In this document: positions 17,849 through 27,636 of the stretch, piece after piece
How positions within the stretch are numbered: position 1 is the stretch's first letter
Layout: each line of letters begins with the position of its first letter
DNA from: Chrysochromulina tobinii
Taxonomy: Eukaryota
Length of the DNA: 32,934 bases
Reading direction: 5' to 3'
NCBI GenBank assembly: GCA_001275005.1
Contig: JWZX01003076.1
Location: forward strand, 1-32,934
Program-made: the position numbers and the translations under genes
The notes under the pieces: generated by a model
What the model saw: the letters and a program-made list of their open reading frames with translations, nothing else
The model's database searches: none
What the model was told of the DNA's origin: nothing

Positions 17849-19948
17849 ATGTCCGCGCCATTCCACGTCGCCGAGCCAGAGGCAGACGGCCTCAGCGGGT
17901 TCGCCAAGCGATCCCGCGGGCGCGACGGACCGAGCCACGAGGCGCCCTCCAAAGCGGAATTCGAGGCCATGGTTGAAGAACTACAACAACTTCGAGTACA
18001 GAATGTCGAACTCAAGGCTCGCCAGCTGCCGCCTCAGATGGCGACGAGCCCCGAAGGCGTCGAGGGGACCGTCCAGCGCCTGTTGGCACCGGGCGGTACC
18101 AAGCCGGTCAAAGTGTGGACGAGCAAAGGCGCCGACGGACGGGGCGCGGCGAGCCACAAGTCTATGCCGGCCCTTAACGTGTCGCTGGTCGGACGTGTGG
18201 CACTGGTCGCCTTCTTCACTCAGCTCCCGGCTCAGCTCCTACAGGCTGGGGTCCCAGCGGACCGGCCGGCCGCAGCGGCTGCGTGTGCCCTCGTGCGGAC
18301 CAAGCTCGCCAGTGGCGCGGCCGCGGCCGTCACTGCCTCTGCCGTGGCCAGCATCGAGGCCATGGGCTCAGCGGCGGCTACCACATACGGTGATCCGTCA
18401 CCACTTCATTCTCTTTTGACCCCTACCTCTGCCATCATCTTTGTGACGACCTGGCGACCATACCTGGACGGCATGACAGCGGTCGCAGAGGCCGTCGACG
18501 TCGACTCGCCCAACACGGTCGGGCTCACTCTCCAGTGCCTAGCCACCTACCTCAAGCCGGACAGACTTTCACTGACGGGCGCCATGATCGGCGCCTCGAT
18601 CCTCGAGTACACTCGTGGTCTTGCCATCAACGCCATGGCTTTTGACATGCAGGCCTTTTACTCAGTCGAGGCCGGTTCAAGCTGTGGCACCGGCGACGTG
18701 CAGCCGGACCCGATTCTCAACGCCGAGAACATGCTCACGTGCGCCGACTTCTTCTTCACGCTCATCTTCTTCAACTCAATGCGCAAGGTACTTTTGATCG
18801 ATGGTGATGTGAACAAGGTGAGCCTCAATCCCCGCGCCACGGCCCTTGCTTTCATGCCCGCACCACACTCTCGTCTCTCTCTCTCTCTCTCTCACCGTTT
18901 CACCGTACTCTTTCGTCTGCCTCAGATTGCTTTCTTTGCATGGCTCGAGCGCGTCTACGTGCGCAAGGGCATCATGATCCTGGGCATCGCACTTGCCGAA
19001 CCTGTGCTCAACTACATCGCCGGCATCTCCGGGGCCGAGTTCTCCGACACCTCTGGCCTTTCGATTTTGCTGATGTATATCCCTGCGAGCGACGAAGGCG
19101 ATGGCCTGGCACACCTCAAGCTGATCATCTTTGGCTGGTCAGCTTGCTACGGTTGTGCAAGAGGCGAAGGCTTTGGGCCCAAACTCAAGCACGCCACCAT
19201 GCAGTTTGTGGCTGGCCTGGCTATGCTCCCCAAGCGGCAATTCACCACCGAGTCCCCGCTCTACGGCATCAAACACGGAGGCATGGCCGCGATGCTGAGT
19301 GAGTGGCTAGGAGTGGTCTACCTAACGCCAAGCGCGGCCGGCGGCGCGGCCGTGGCAGCCATCTGGGAGCGTATCCACGCACATGAGGCCGCGAACGAGC
19401 CGTTGCCTGCCGACCTGGCGCTCTGGAAGAAGCGCTCCGGCGTCGCAGCCGTGGCAGCCATCTGGGAGCGTATCCACGCACATGAGGCCGCGAACGAGCC
19501 GTTGCCTGCCGACCTGGCGCTCTGGAAGAAGCGCTCCGGCGTCGCAGCCGTGGCAGCCATCAGGGAGCGTATCCACGCACATGAGGCCGCGAACGAGCCG
19601 TTGCCTGCCGACCTGGCGCTCTTCAAGGAGCGCTCGAGCTCTGGCACTGACTCTGGCGGCGCAGCTGTTGCAGCAATCTGGAACGTGTCAAGCTCCCGCC
19701 AGGCCACGGAGAACATGGCCGAGATTTTGTCGACCCAGCCGCGTCTCCTTCAGATGGTGGCAACGACGCAAAAGCCGGTAGACCGTCCGCCGAACCCGCA
19801 GAGCCAGAAGAACTTCTACCGCTGCATGTGGTGCGATTCGACGTTTACAACGACAAACAATGCGCGCCGCCATGGAGCCCAGTCTCACGGAGAGCGTTTC
19901 GATGGCTCAAAGCGCTACCCCCCTAGCTACTACAGCATCGCCTTCTAA
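17849..19948 (+). CDS. Uncharacterised protein: N-terminal coiled coil, 33 aa repeats, C-terminal C2H2 zinc finger; probable intron 18818-18925
   Basis: Long ORF with coding-like GC3; YRCMWCDSTFTTTNNARRHGAQSH. Confidence 0.75.
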   Translation: MSAPFHVAEPEADGLSGFAKRSRGRDGPSHEAPSKAEFEAMVEELQQLRVQNVELKARQLPPQMATSPEGVEGTVQRLLAPGGTKPVKVWTSKGADGRGAASHKSMPALNVSLVGRVALVAFFTQLPAQLLQAGVPADRPAAAAACALVRTKLASGAAAAVTASAVASIEAMGSAAATTYGDPSPLHSLLTPTSAIIFVTTWRPYLDGMTAVAEAVDVDSPNTVGLTLQCLATYLKPDRLSLTGAMIGASILEYTRGLAINAMAFDMQAFYSVEAGSSCGTGDVQPDPILNAENMLTCADFFFTLIFFNSMRKVLLIDGDVNKVSLNPRATALAFMPAPHSRLSLSLSHRFTVLFRLPQIAFFAWLERVYVRKGIMILGIALAEPVLNYIAGISGAEFSDTSGLSILLMYIPASDEGDGLAHLKLIIFGWSACYGCARGEGFGPKLKHATMQFVAGLAMLPKRQFTTESPLYGIKHGGMAAMLSEWLGVVYLTPSAAGGAAVAAIWERIHAHEAANEPLPADLALWKKRSGVAAVAAIWERIHAHEAANEPLPADLALWKKRSGVAAVAAIRERIHAHEAANEPLPADLALFKERSSSGTDSGGAAVAAIWNVSSSRQATENMAEILSTQPRLLQMVATTQKPVDRPPNPQSQKNFYRCMWCDSTFTTTNNARRHGAQSHGERFDGSKRYPPSYYSIAF
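18818..18925 (+). other. 108 nt in-frame, stop-free intron containing (TC)10
   Basis: AAG|GTGAGC ... pyrimidine tract ... CCTCAG|ATT. Confidence 0.75.
19349..19634 (+). repeat. 99 bp coding tandem repeat, about 2.9 copies
   Basis: Units start at 19349, 19448 and 19547 and encode AVAAIWERIHAHEAANEPLPADLALWKKRSGVA. Confidence 0.95.
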
Positions 19949-19990
19949 ACCCTCAAGAACCCCAAGCGCCAAGCTCGACTTGTACAAGTA

Positions 19991-20119
19991 CAGCTGGCGG
20001 TGGGAGCGAACAGCATACGAGACGTCTGTGAGACGGTGATTCCGAGGAAGCAGCTGGCGGGGGAGCGAACAGCATACGAGACGTCTGTGAGACGGTGATT
20101 CCGAGGAAGCAGCTGGCGG
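19991..20119. repeat. 59-60 bp non-coding tandem repeat, about 2.2 copies
   Basis: CAGCTGGCGG(T)GGGAGCGAACAGCATACGAGACGTCTGTGAGACGGTGATTCCGAGGAAG at 19991 and 20051, partial copy at 20110. Confidence 0.93.
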
Positions 20120-20257
20120 CCAAAGTCGAGCCAAGTTTTGTGGTGAGAGCGTTCGTGACGCCGGAGGCGGTGGAGCCAACGGGAGCTATGGTATCACCGC
20201 TAGACGTGTGAACAGGCGGATAACTCGGGGCGTGGGCCAAGTTATAGGCTCCACCAC

Positions 20258-22705
20258 ATGTTCCTCTCACCGCGTCGCTCTTTTGACCGGCTGCCTTTCC
20301 TCCTGCTCCCCGCCACCCTAAGCCAGCTCCCATCGGAGGAGCTCGCCCGTTATGCACCTTTGCCATCACCACCCCCACTGCCTCGTTACGTCAACCCGCC
20401 GCCACCGCCGCCAGGACCGCCGACCGATGCTGCCATCGACTACGAGTACGTTGAGAGCAGCAACGCTCGGCTGGAGAATGCGAGTGTGTTGCAGAGCGAT
20501 TGGACGGTCGGATTGGAGCCCACGCTCGATCGTGCCATGTACACGACACCGTGGCTTGATCGCGACCATGCGCATGTGACGGCTGAGCGAGACCTCGCTG
20601 GCACCGAGTGGCTGCGTGCCGGCAGTCCGAAAACGGCTCTTGCAGGCAGCGAGCAAGAGAGGCTGAACCTCGTCTACTTATCACGCCACGGATTGTACCG
20701 GCGCACGGATGCTAAGTTCAACGAATTTGTCGCGCGGCCGACAGGGTCGCCCCAAGATGGTTACGGCCTGTGGCGCTACTGGGAGTCGCGTGGCCGGTGC
20801 CCATACGAGCTGCTCATCGCGGACCCGTGGGGTACGCTCGTGTGGCAGGGGGCACCCGACGGAAGATTGCGCGCGTTCGAGTGCTCCTGGGTCGTGCGCC
20901 CTGGCATGTACCGCCACATGGGCTACTTCAAGCTCTCGCGGGCTCCTGTCACGCTCTCGTTCAAGACCTTCTTGCTCGTCTCGCCCGTCGAGCACCTCAC
21001 CATCTACGACGGTGCGCATCCGGACGCGCAAATGCTTGGCCGCTTTACGGGCGCACACGTGCCCGACCAGATCACATCCACCGGCCCAGAGGTCCGTATT
21101 GTGCTCACCTCCCACCTAAACCGAACCGCAGAGGACACTTGGGCAGAACTGAGACGCACCATTGCCGCGGATAGGCTCGACGCCGCCATCGCTGAGTTCA
21201 TCATTGCGGCGCGCTCTGACCTCATCGGCTTCTATCGGCAGGATATGCGACGGATCCTACGAACCCTGGCACGTCGCGAGGCTACAAGACCAGAGAACGG
21301 CTGGATACGTCACAAGTGGTTTGCCGGCGATGGGACTGGCTTCGACCGCGCCTTCAACGACTCGCTCACTTACGTGCTCGAGGATATGAGCTCATGGGAG
21401 AAGCGCACGAGAAACCAGGCGGGGAAGGAGCACGTCCACTGGGACAGGAGAGTGAGCCCGAGGCGCTACCCAGGGCCCATCGAGATGCCGGAGAAGAATC
21501 CTTTCTATGCCGCAGCCACGGGCAATCGTATAGGACGTGGCGAGGTCGACGCGGACGGGCTCGTGGAGGTGCAGCGCCACCTCGGCGTCCTGCCACGTCG
21601 GCCATCGGGCTTCTCCCTGGACTTCACCACGACTGCAGACTGCCATGGCCGCGGCATCACTCCGTACGGCATCGGTATGCTGCCGCCGATCACTAGGTCC
21701 ATGGAGATGCACTCGCGATCTTCGTCCAACTTCTTGTATCTGCCCATGCCCTTGGAACCCAGCTCGTGCCAAGCAATGGTCATCACTGGACCCCAGACGA
21801 CACGTGATCGCCCATTCTCGATCGCCGATAATATGATGAAGCTCGAGAACGAGAAGCAGATGGAGCGCTGCATACCCCCGGGGTCGTGCGACGTGCGAAT
21901 AGGAGGCGAGCGGGGATTGAATTGCTCGGCCGCGTGCAATCCGTTCTTCGCGTGCGTGCACAACAACATGGCCAATCGGAGCCTGTGGAGAATTGGGCCG
22001 CATCTGTACAATAAGAGCCTTGTTGCCCGTGCAAGACAGCAGTGCCTTCAGCTGCCTCTCGCGGACCAGTGTGTTGACGTCGATCAGCGCACGGTGGGTT
22101 CCATTCGCCCTGGGGGGCCTGGAGGTACCAACCGTCTCGTTTCAATGGCTTTGCGAACGCTGGCGGAGCCTAAGAGCGCTGGGTGCCTGGCCTTCACGTG
22201 CGCGAGCTGTGCTGTGACCATCTTTGACGCATTCTTCCGATGCGCAATACTTTGCGGACAGAACATGGCCAATCCCGTGCCGGACTGTATGGACTGCTCA
22301 TATCAGTTTGACGATGTCTATGATGGCATCGACCGGACGCGCGACCGGCTTTGGGAGGCCTACTTTGCAGGGGCGTTTGGGTTCACAATGTGCCCTCGCT
22401 GCAACGTCAATGAGCAGAGCATGGTCGACGCGTATACCCCAATGTCGATGGAGTGCCGCCGCTGCCACTATGCCATCGAGGACTTTTTGAACTCCGATGT
22501 ATTCGCGTGTAACGACGCGCAGGCGAACAGCCTGCGGTGCTTCAGCCTCGATCGCACGCATTACAACTACCGGCAGGACTTTTTTGGCGAGCTCAGGCCA
22601 GGATCAGAAATCCTTGATCTCACCTTTGCTGGCACCTACGTGCCGACTCAACAGGAGATCGATCAGTACGCGAGACCACCTCCACCTCCCAGCGCAGCTG
22701 GTTGA
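20258..22705 (+). CDS. Putative secreted CUB-domain protein with Cys-rich C-terminal region
   Basis: FECSWVV..VTLSFKTF..LTIYDG..LGRFTG..ITSTGPEVRIVLTS is CUB-like. Short hydrophobic N-terminus, poly-Pro tracts and many CxxC/Cx3C motifs. Confidence 0.8.
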   Translation: MFLSPRRSFDRLPFLLLPATLSQLPSEELARYAPLPSPPPLPRYVNPPPPPPGPPTDAAIDYEYVESSNARLENASVLQSDWTVGLEPTLDRAMYTTPWLDRDHAHVTAERDLAGTEWLRAGSPKTALAGSEQERLNLVYLSRHGLYRRTDAKFNEFVARPTGSPQDGYGLWRYWESRGRCPYELLIADPWGTLVWQGAPDGRLRAFECSWVVRPGMYRHMGYFKLSRAPVTLSFKTFLLVSPVEHLTIYDGAHPDAQMLGRFTGAHVPDQITSTGPEVRIVLTSHLNRTAEDTWAELRRTIAADRLDAAIAEFIIAARSDLIGFYRQDMRRILRTLARREATRPENGWIRHKWFAGDGTGFDRAFNDSLTYVLEDMSSWEKRTRNQAGKEHVHWDRRVSPRRYPGPIEMPEKNPFYAAATGNRIGRGEVDADGLVEVQRHLGVLPRRPSGFSLDFTTTADCHGRGITPYGIGMLPPITRSMEMHSRSSSNFLYLPMPLEPSSCQAMVITGPQTTRDRPFSIADNMMKLENEKQMERCIPPGSCDVRIGGERGLNCSAACNPFFACVHNNMANRSLWRIGPHLYNKSLVARARQQCLQLPLADQCVDVDQRTVGSIRPGGPGGTNRLVSMALRTLAEPKSAGCLAFTCASCAVTIFDAFFRCAILCGQNMANPVPDCMDCSYQFDDVYDGIDRTRDRLWEAYFAGAFGFTMCPRCNVNEQSMVDAYTPMSMECRRCHYAIEDFLNSDVFACNDAQANSLRCFSLDRTHYNYRQDFFGELRPGSEILDLTFAGTYVPTQQEIDQYARPPPPPSAAG

Positions 22706-23052
22706 GAGAGTCGCGCTCAGACCGCAGAGCGATCTTCCCGCAGCGCTACATTGGAGCCATCCAGACGAAAATCCTGACGAAAATCCCTGTGGTTGAGCGC
22801 ATCAGCAGCGCATACGAAGGGAAGCGGAACACAGGAGTTAACTCAGTTCTCAGACATCGCTGACACGTTCCGCTGCGCGTGCGGGCGTGTGGTAAACGCG
22901 AGGGGGCGTCGCGTCGAAGAATTTTCGCTTTCGCGAAGCCTAACAGGCGCCTTCTTGGAAAATTGTACTATACGACTGACCGCGGTCTGACATAGTACGG
23001 TACAGCCGGTGCATGAGCAAGAAACTGCTGCCCACATGACCGGCAGCCTCCA

Positions 23053-23773
23053 CTATAGTGGAGGCACGCCTTCATCGAAGGTGAGTGGAGGGTAATCATC
23101 GATCTTCTCGCGCTGCCTGCTCGGCGCGCGATCGAGCGCTTCTTCTTCGGCGTCGTCTGCCGGGGACTTCGAGGGGAGCATGCGGCTGAGGAACTTCTCT
23201 GTCGAGTCGCGGCTAACCATCTTGACGTCCGCGCCCTTGGCGACCATCCTGTAGCTACCCTGAAGGTACTCGTACTTCCAAGACACCTTCTTGATGATGA
23301 ACGGCTGCTCCACCTTCTCGGACTCGCCCTCCACGCGCACACGAGCAGAGATCAGGTCGCCGCAAGCCGCCGACGGCTCCAGGCGGAAAGTGCCGAGCTT
23401 TCTCGGCGGCGGCGTGATCTCGGTGATGTCAAAGAGCAGTTTGTCTCGGTCATCCTTCGAAACGTGAGGGCGGAAAGTGCCGCCTTTCTTGCGGAAGACC
23501 CTGCGCATTTTGCGAGGGACACGGCACGTCGGCGAGGGGCAGCGATGGCAGCGATGGCAGCGCTGCTCATGATCACGGGAGCTGTGCTCACTGTGCGTCC
23601 TCAACATCGTCGCGTTCATCGCCATTCAGCCAATCATCGGTCGGCTCGCTGCATGTGACGGACGAGACACGCCGCCGCTGGTGATGGAAAGGTTGCCTTC
23701 CTGCTGCCCCACCTCGACCCACCTCGACTGGCTGGTGCAACGCGACGAACGCCGCAATGGCTACCAAAGCCAT
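23053..23773 (-). CDS. Small conserved-looking protein, probably plastid-targeted; exons 23773-23592 and 23500-23053
   Basis: Exon 1 MALVAIAAFVALHQ (signal) plus an R/S-rich transit-like stretch. Intron CA|GTGAGC..GCGCAG|G (23591-23501) joins in frame to VFRKKGG..KKVSWKYEYLQGSYRMVAKG. Confidence 0.75.
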
Positions 23774-24000
23774 TGCCAGCGAAGATGCTTCCGGAATGCA
23801 CTTCCGGAAGTTTCGTCGCTAGGGTCCGAGGATCTCTCGAGGACTGTTTTCACACTTCACAACCGAACACCTCGGATTCTGCTCACGCAACACGGCCCCC
23901 TCCTTCAGCTCAACTCAAGTCTTCTCAGACAAATGCAACTCCCGTCGATACAGTAATGGGGTAAAAACCCCTCCCCATTTTTCTCACAAACCTGACGAGC

Positions 24001-27000
24001 TCATTTCTTGCCCTTCTTTTTCTTCTTCTTCTCCTTCGCCTCCTCCAACACGCTCTCGGGCTCCATGTCGGGCTGCGCTACTGTTGGTTCGGGCGCTGAC
24101 TCAGCAGCCGTGGGCGACGCAGGCGGTGGGCGCCTATCAGGGGTCTGCATCACCTTAGCCACCGCAGCCTCAGCAGCCTCTGCCTCAAGTGCGGCCTTCA
24201 CCGCGGCCTCAGCATTGGCCCCGGCCTCCTGCGCCGCCGCGGCCTCGGCCTGCGCAGCCGCCATGGCCTCGGCCGCAGCCTTCTCAGCCTCGGCTGCGGC
24301 CTTCTCCGCCACCTCAGCCGCCGCGGCTGCCTCGGCTGCGGCCTTCTCCGCTGCCGCTGCCTCAGCCATCGCCTCAGCCGCCGCGGCTGCCTCGGCTGCG
24401 GCCTTCTCCGCTGCCGCTGCCTCAGCCATCGCCTCAGCCGCCGCGGCTGCCTCGGCCGCCAGTCGATCCGCCTCCGCTGCTGCTGCTGCCACACTCGCCG
24501 CCAGCTCCACCTCGGCTTTCTGGGCCGCCAGCCTCTTCGCCTCAGTAGCTGCTGCCACTTCAGCCGCCGCCGCCGTCGCCGCCGCCACCTTCGCCTGCAG
24601 CGCCTTGCGTGCATCAGCAATGCAATCGGCGAGCTCCTTCTCGATGCTCTCCGCCGTCTCCGGTTTCGCATCCCCTGCGGGCTCTAGCACGAGGCGCGTC
24701 GTCGCGGGCTCTAGCGCGAGGCGCGTCGTCGGATCGCTACGGCGCAGGGCCTCCGCTACGAGCCGCTCAGCGACTTCCAAGTTGGGTGACGCGAAGTCCG
24801 GCAGCAGCTGCGCGGAGGGCGTGTTCGGGTACACCGGGACCTCGTCCGCGACCTCGGCCTTCGCCGCCTCGGCCTTCTCCATCTCGGCCTTCTCCATCTC
24901 GGCCTTCGCCGTCTCGGCCTTCTCGACCTCGTTCTTGTCGAGCGCCGCGCGCTTCGCACGCAACTCGGCCGCGTGCGAGAGGCCAAGCGTGGTCGTGGGC
25001 GCCGTCGTGGGCGCCCGTACCGGTACAGATGGCGCCGTCGTGGGCGCCAGTACAGAGGGCTCGGGCTCGATCATCGCACCAACCTCACTCCGTGCCGAGT
25101 CGACGCGCTGTTCTGAGCGCTGCTCCTCGGCGGTGCGGCCCAGGCGGACAGGCGTGGCAGCCGCCTCGGCCGCCATGAGCGCCACCCCCGGCGCACTCGG
25201 CGCGGCGCCGTCCCCGGCCACGTCGACCACGGCCTCGGCCTCGATCTCGACGAGATTGTCATCTCCGACGAGGCCCGCCTGCACGAGGGTGTTGGCGGGC
25301 GCGCTGACGCCATCGAAGCGGCGGCCGTGCACGCGCGCGACGGCTTCCCAATCCCGCATGCGGCGCACGAAGATGCGAGTTCGCACCACATCGGCCATGG
25401 ATGCGCCGAGCGCCTTGAGGGAGGCCTCGACGATGTCCAGTGCGAAGGTCGCTTGCGCGGCTGGGTCATGGCCGCCTGCGACACGCCCATTACGGCGCGT
25501 GGCCGTCGTGCCCGAGACGTGCACGACACGGCGCCTCTCCGCGCCACCGCCGCCGCCGTCGACGCGAACGGCGCGGCTGTAGCCCGCCAGCGCCTCCCAC
25601 ACGGTGCCCGACACGACGCAAGCTCCCTTCGGGGTGGGCTGTACCGCAAAGGCGCTGGGGATGGTGGAAAGGTGGTGCGTGAGATCACCGGAGGCGGTGA
25701 GGTACGGTGGCTTCCGGTACTCATCGCCACAGCCGCCCGGGAGCGCCGTGAGCTCGGCCAGGGCCCGGGCAATCGCCGCGTGGTCGGCGCTGCTCAGGGC
25801 GAACTTGAAGACTCGCTGGTTCTGCTCGAGGTTCGAAAGGGAGGACTTTGAGGGGCGCACGCCCACGATGACTGCGGCGACGGCCGGCTGCTCGAGCACC
25901 CAGCGCGTGGCCACGTTGGCTATCGAGATGGGCTCACCATCGAGCACGTGCCCATCGGCCACCGCGCGCAGGACACGCAGCAGCGACTGCAACTTTGGCC
26001 AGCCGCCGCAGCAGTCGACGTACCGGCGGTACTTGGCAAGGCTCCATGAGGCGGCAAGCTCGTCGGCCGTCAGGTCGGCGCGATCGAGGTACCGATCAGT
26101 CAGCAGCCCGCCCGCGAGCACGCCGAACGGGAGCAGCTGCATGCCACTCGACTGGCACAGGCTGGTCATCTCGCCCGCAGCGCGCCGATCGAGCAGGGAG
26201 TACGACACCTGGTTCGTCACCACACGCACGCCGCTCATGAGTGCCACGCGTGCGTGGTCCGCATCGAAGTTACACAGCCCCACGTTGCGCACGTTGGGGT
26301 GCTTGGCCAGCAGCTCGAGCTGGTCGAGCCACGCACCATCAGTATATTCCCACGTGTGGAGCTGCAGCAGGTCGATCGCCGTCGAGCCAAGGCGCGAGAG
26401 AGCGGTAGCGACGGCCGCGTCCACGGTCGCTGCGGTCGCGTGTTCTCGCCCTGGCATGGGCACCCACTTCGTGAGGCACTGCACCGCGCCGGGCGCGCAC
26501 GCGCACGCCACGCGTCCCGCCAGGACCTCCGCACTCCCGTAGTGATCGGCCATGTCGAAGGTGCAAAGTCCAGCCTCCTGATAGAGCGTCAAGTCCCGTA
26601 CCGCTAGCTCCACATCGAGACCTGCGCCCCCCTCGCGCTCCAAGTCGGCCACTTGCCACAGGCCGGTCACCATGCGAGAGATGACCAGCGTCGACGAGAG
26701 GCGCCGTCGTGGCACCCCTTGCTCCACATAGCCCATACGCTCTCGGGCCGACGCCATCTCCACCTGCACGCGAGCGTGCACCAAGCTCGCCGTGTCCGTG
26801 ATGCGACCCATCGCCCAGCGACCCATCGCCATCGCCATCGCCACCGCCCCTCGTCGACCTCCCACGTGCGCAAGCGCCGCCACCTGGGCTGCCGCCGCTC
26901 GCTCGATGAGGCTCGTAAGGCGAACCATCACTGCCGCCTTGTCGACCTCAATCTGTGCAAGCGCGACCGCCTTGACTGCCGCCGCCTTTTCGACGAAACG

Positions 27001-27636
27001 CCGCCACGCGTGAAGGATCGCGCGCGCGGCGCTACCAGCGCTCGCACGGCGCTGCACGTCGAGCACCCACCGCTTGCTCGCAGCATCCACGTCGAGCATC
27101 CACCGCTTGCTCGCAGAGTAGCTCTCGAGCGAGCGGCTTCGCGCCGTCGATGCAGCCGCGGCGAGCGCCGGCCCCGAAGCTGCCGCAGCTGCACGCGCAG
27201 GTTCGATGACGTTGGCGCGCTGAAATTCCCAGAGCGCACTCGTGAGCTGTTCCAGCTCCTCCGACACCTTCGTGATGCGGCTCCAGCCGGGCTCCAGCCG
27301 CGCGAGCGCCTCCGACGACGCAGCCCGAGACATCGCGAGCGCTTCTGACGACGCAGCCCGGACGAAAGACGGCAGCTCCACCGACACCTTCGTGATGGTG
27401 CGGCTCCAGCTGGGCTCCAGCACCGAGAGTGCATCCGACGAGGCTGCCCGAGACATCGCGATCGCCTCCGACGACGTAACACGAATGACAGTTGGCAATT
27501 CTGCGAGCAACTCTGCCAGTGATTTATCAGAACCGTCCTTGTTTTTCAGACCACGCCGGCGGATCGCGAGTAGCACGGCCAGCGATGCGGCCGCTCCGAC
27601 AGCAGCGCATACGACGATCGTTGTCGTATTGCTCAT
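24001..27636 (-). CDS. Aldo-keto reductase + Rid (YjgF/YER057c/UK114) fusion with N-terminal TM anchor and Ala/Glu-rich tail
   Basis: AKR: GLWQ, FDMADHYGSAE, LTKW, DLLQLH, VGLCNF, NQVSYSLLDRR, GVLAGGLL. Rid: WEALAGYSRAVRV, HVSGTT, DVVRTRIFV, LVEIEAEA. Confidence 0.9.
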   Translation of the reverse strand: MSNTTTIVVCAAVGAAASLAVLLAIRRRGLKNKDGSDKSLAELLAELPTVIRVTSSEAIAMSRAASSDALSVLEPSWSRTITKVSVELPSFVRAASSEALAMSRAASSEALARLEPGWSRITKVSEELEQLTSALWEFQRANVIEPARAAAAASGPALAAAASTARSRSLESYSASKRWMLDVDAASKRWVLDVQRRASAGSAARAILHAWRRFVEKAAAVKAVALAQIEVDKAAVMVRLTSLIERAAAAQVAALAHVGGRRGAVAMAMAMGRWAMGRITDTASLVHARVQVEMASARERMGYVEQGVPRRRLSSTLVISRMVTGLWQVADLEREGGAGLDVELAVRDLTLYQEAGLCTFDMADHYGSAEVLAGRVACACAPGAVQCLTKWVPMPGREHATAATVDAAVATALSRLGSTAIDLLQLHTWEYTDGAWLDQLELLAKHPNVRNVGLCNFDADHARVALMSGVRVVTNQVSYSLLDRRAAGEMTSLCQSSGMQLLPFGVLAGGLLTDRYLDRADLTADELAASWSLAKYRRYVDCCGGWPKLQSLLRVLRAVADGHVLDGEPISIANVATRWVLEQPAVAAVIVGVRPSKSSLSNLEQNQRVFKFALSSADHAAIARALAELTALPGGCGDEYRKPPYLTASGDLTHHLSTIPSAFAVQPTPKGACVVSGTVWEALAGYSRAVRVDGGGGGAERRRVVHVSGTTATRRNGRVAGGHDPAAQATFALDIVEASLKALGASMADVVRTRIFVRRMRDWEAVARVHGRRFDGVSAPANTLVQAGLVGDDNLVEIEAEAVVDVAGDGAAPSAPGVALMAAEAAATPVRLGRTAEEQRSEQRVDSARSEVGAMIEPEPSVLAPTTAPSVPVRAPTTAPTTTLGLSHAAELRAKRAALDKNEVEKAETAKAEMEKAEMEKAEAAKAEVADEVPVYPNTPSAQLLPDFASPNLEVAERLVAEALRRSDPTTRLALEPATTRLVLEPAGDAKPETAESIEKELADCIADARKALQAKVAAATAAAAEVAAATEAKRLAAQKAEVELAASVAAAAAEADRLAAEAAAAAEAMAEAAAAEKAAAEAAAAAEAMAEAAAAEKAAAEAAAAAEVAEKAAAEAEKAAAEAMAAAQAEAAAAQEAGANAEAAVKAALEAEAAEAAVAKVMQTPDRRPPPASPTAAESAPEPTVAQPDMEPESVLEEAKEKKKKKKGKK
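24240..24460 (-). repeat. 60 bp coding tandem repeat (AMAEAAAAEKAAAEAAAAAE)
   Basis: Two exact copies at 24313-24432 plus degenerate flanks. Confidence 0.85.

Noticed and set aside
19944..19966. CTAAACCCT telomere-like sequence
   Set aside because: A single unit with no array
19991..20119. Repeat array as possible CRISPR
   Set aside because: Whole units repeat with no unique spacers, no cas genes, eukaryotic context
24001..24030. C-terminal KKGKK as an ER-retrieval signal
   Set aside because: Position -3 is Gly, so it is not canonical KKxx or KxKxx
24008..26542. Long + strand ORFs (524 aa, 312 aa)
   Set aside because: Antisense shadows of the GC-rich AKR-Rid gene; low complexity and no motifs
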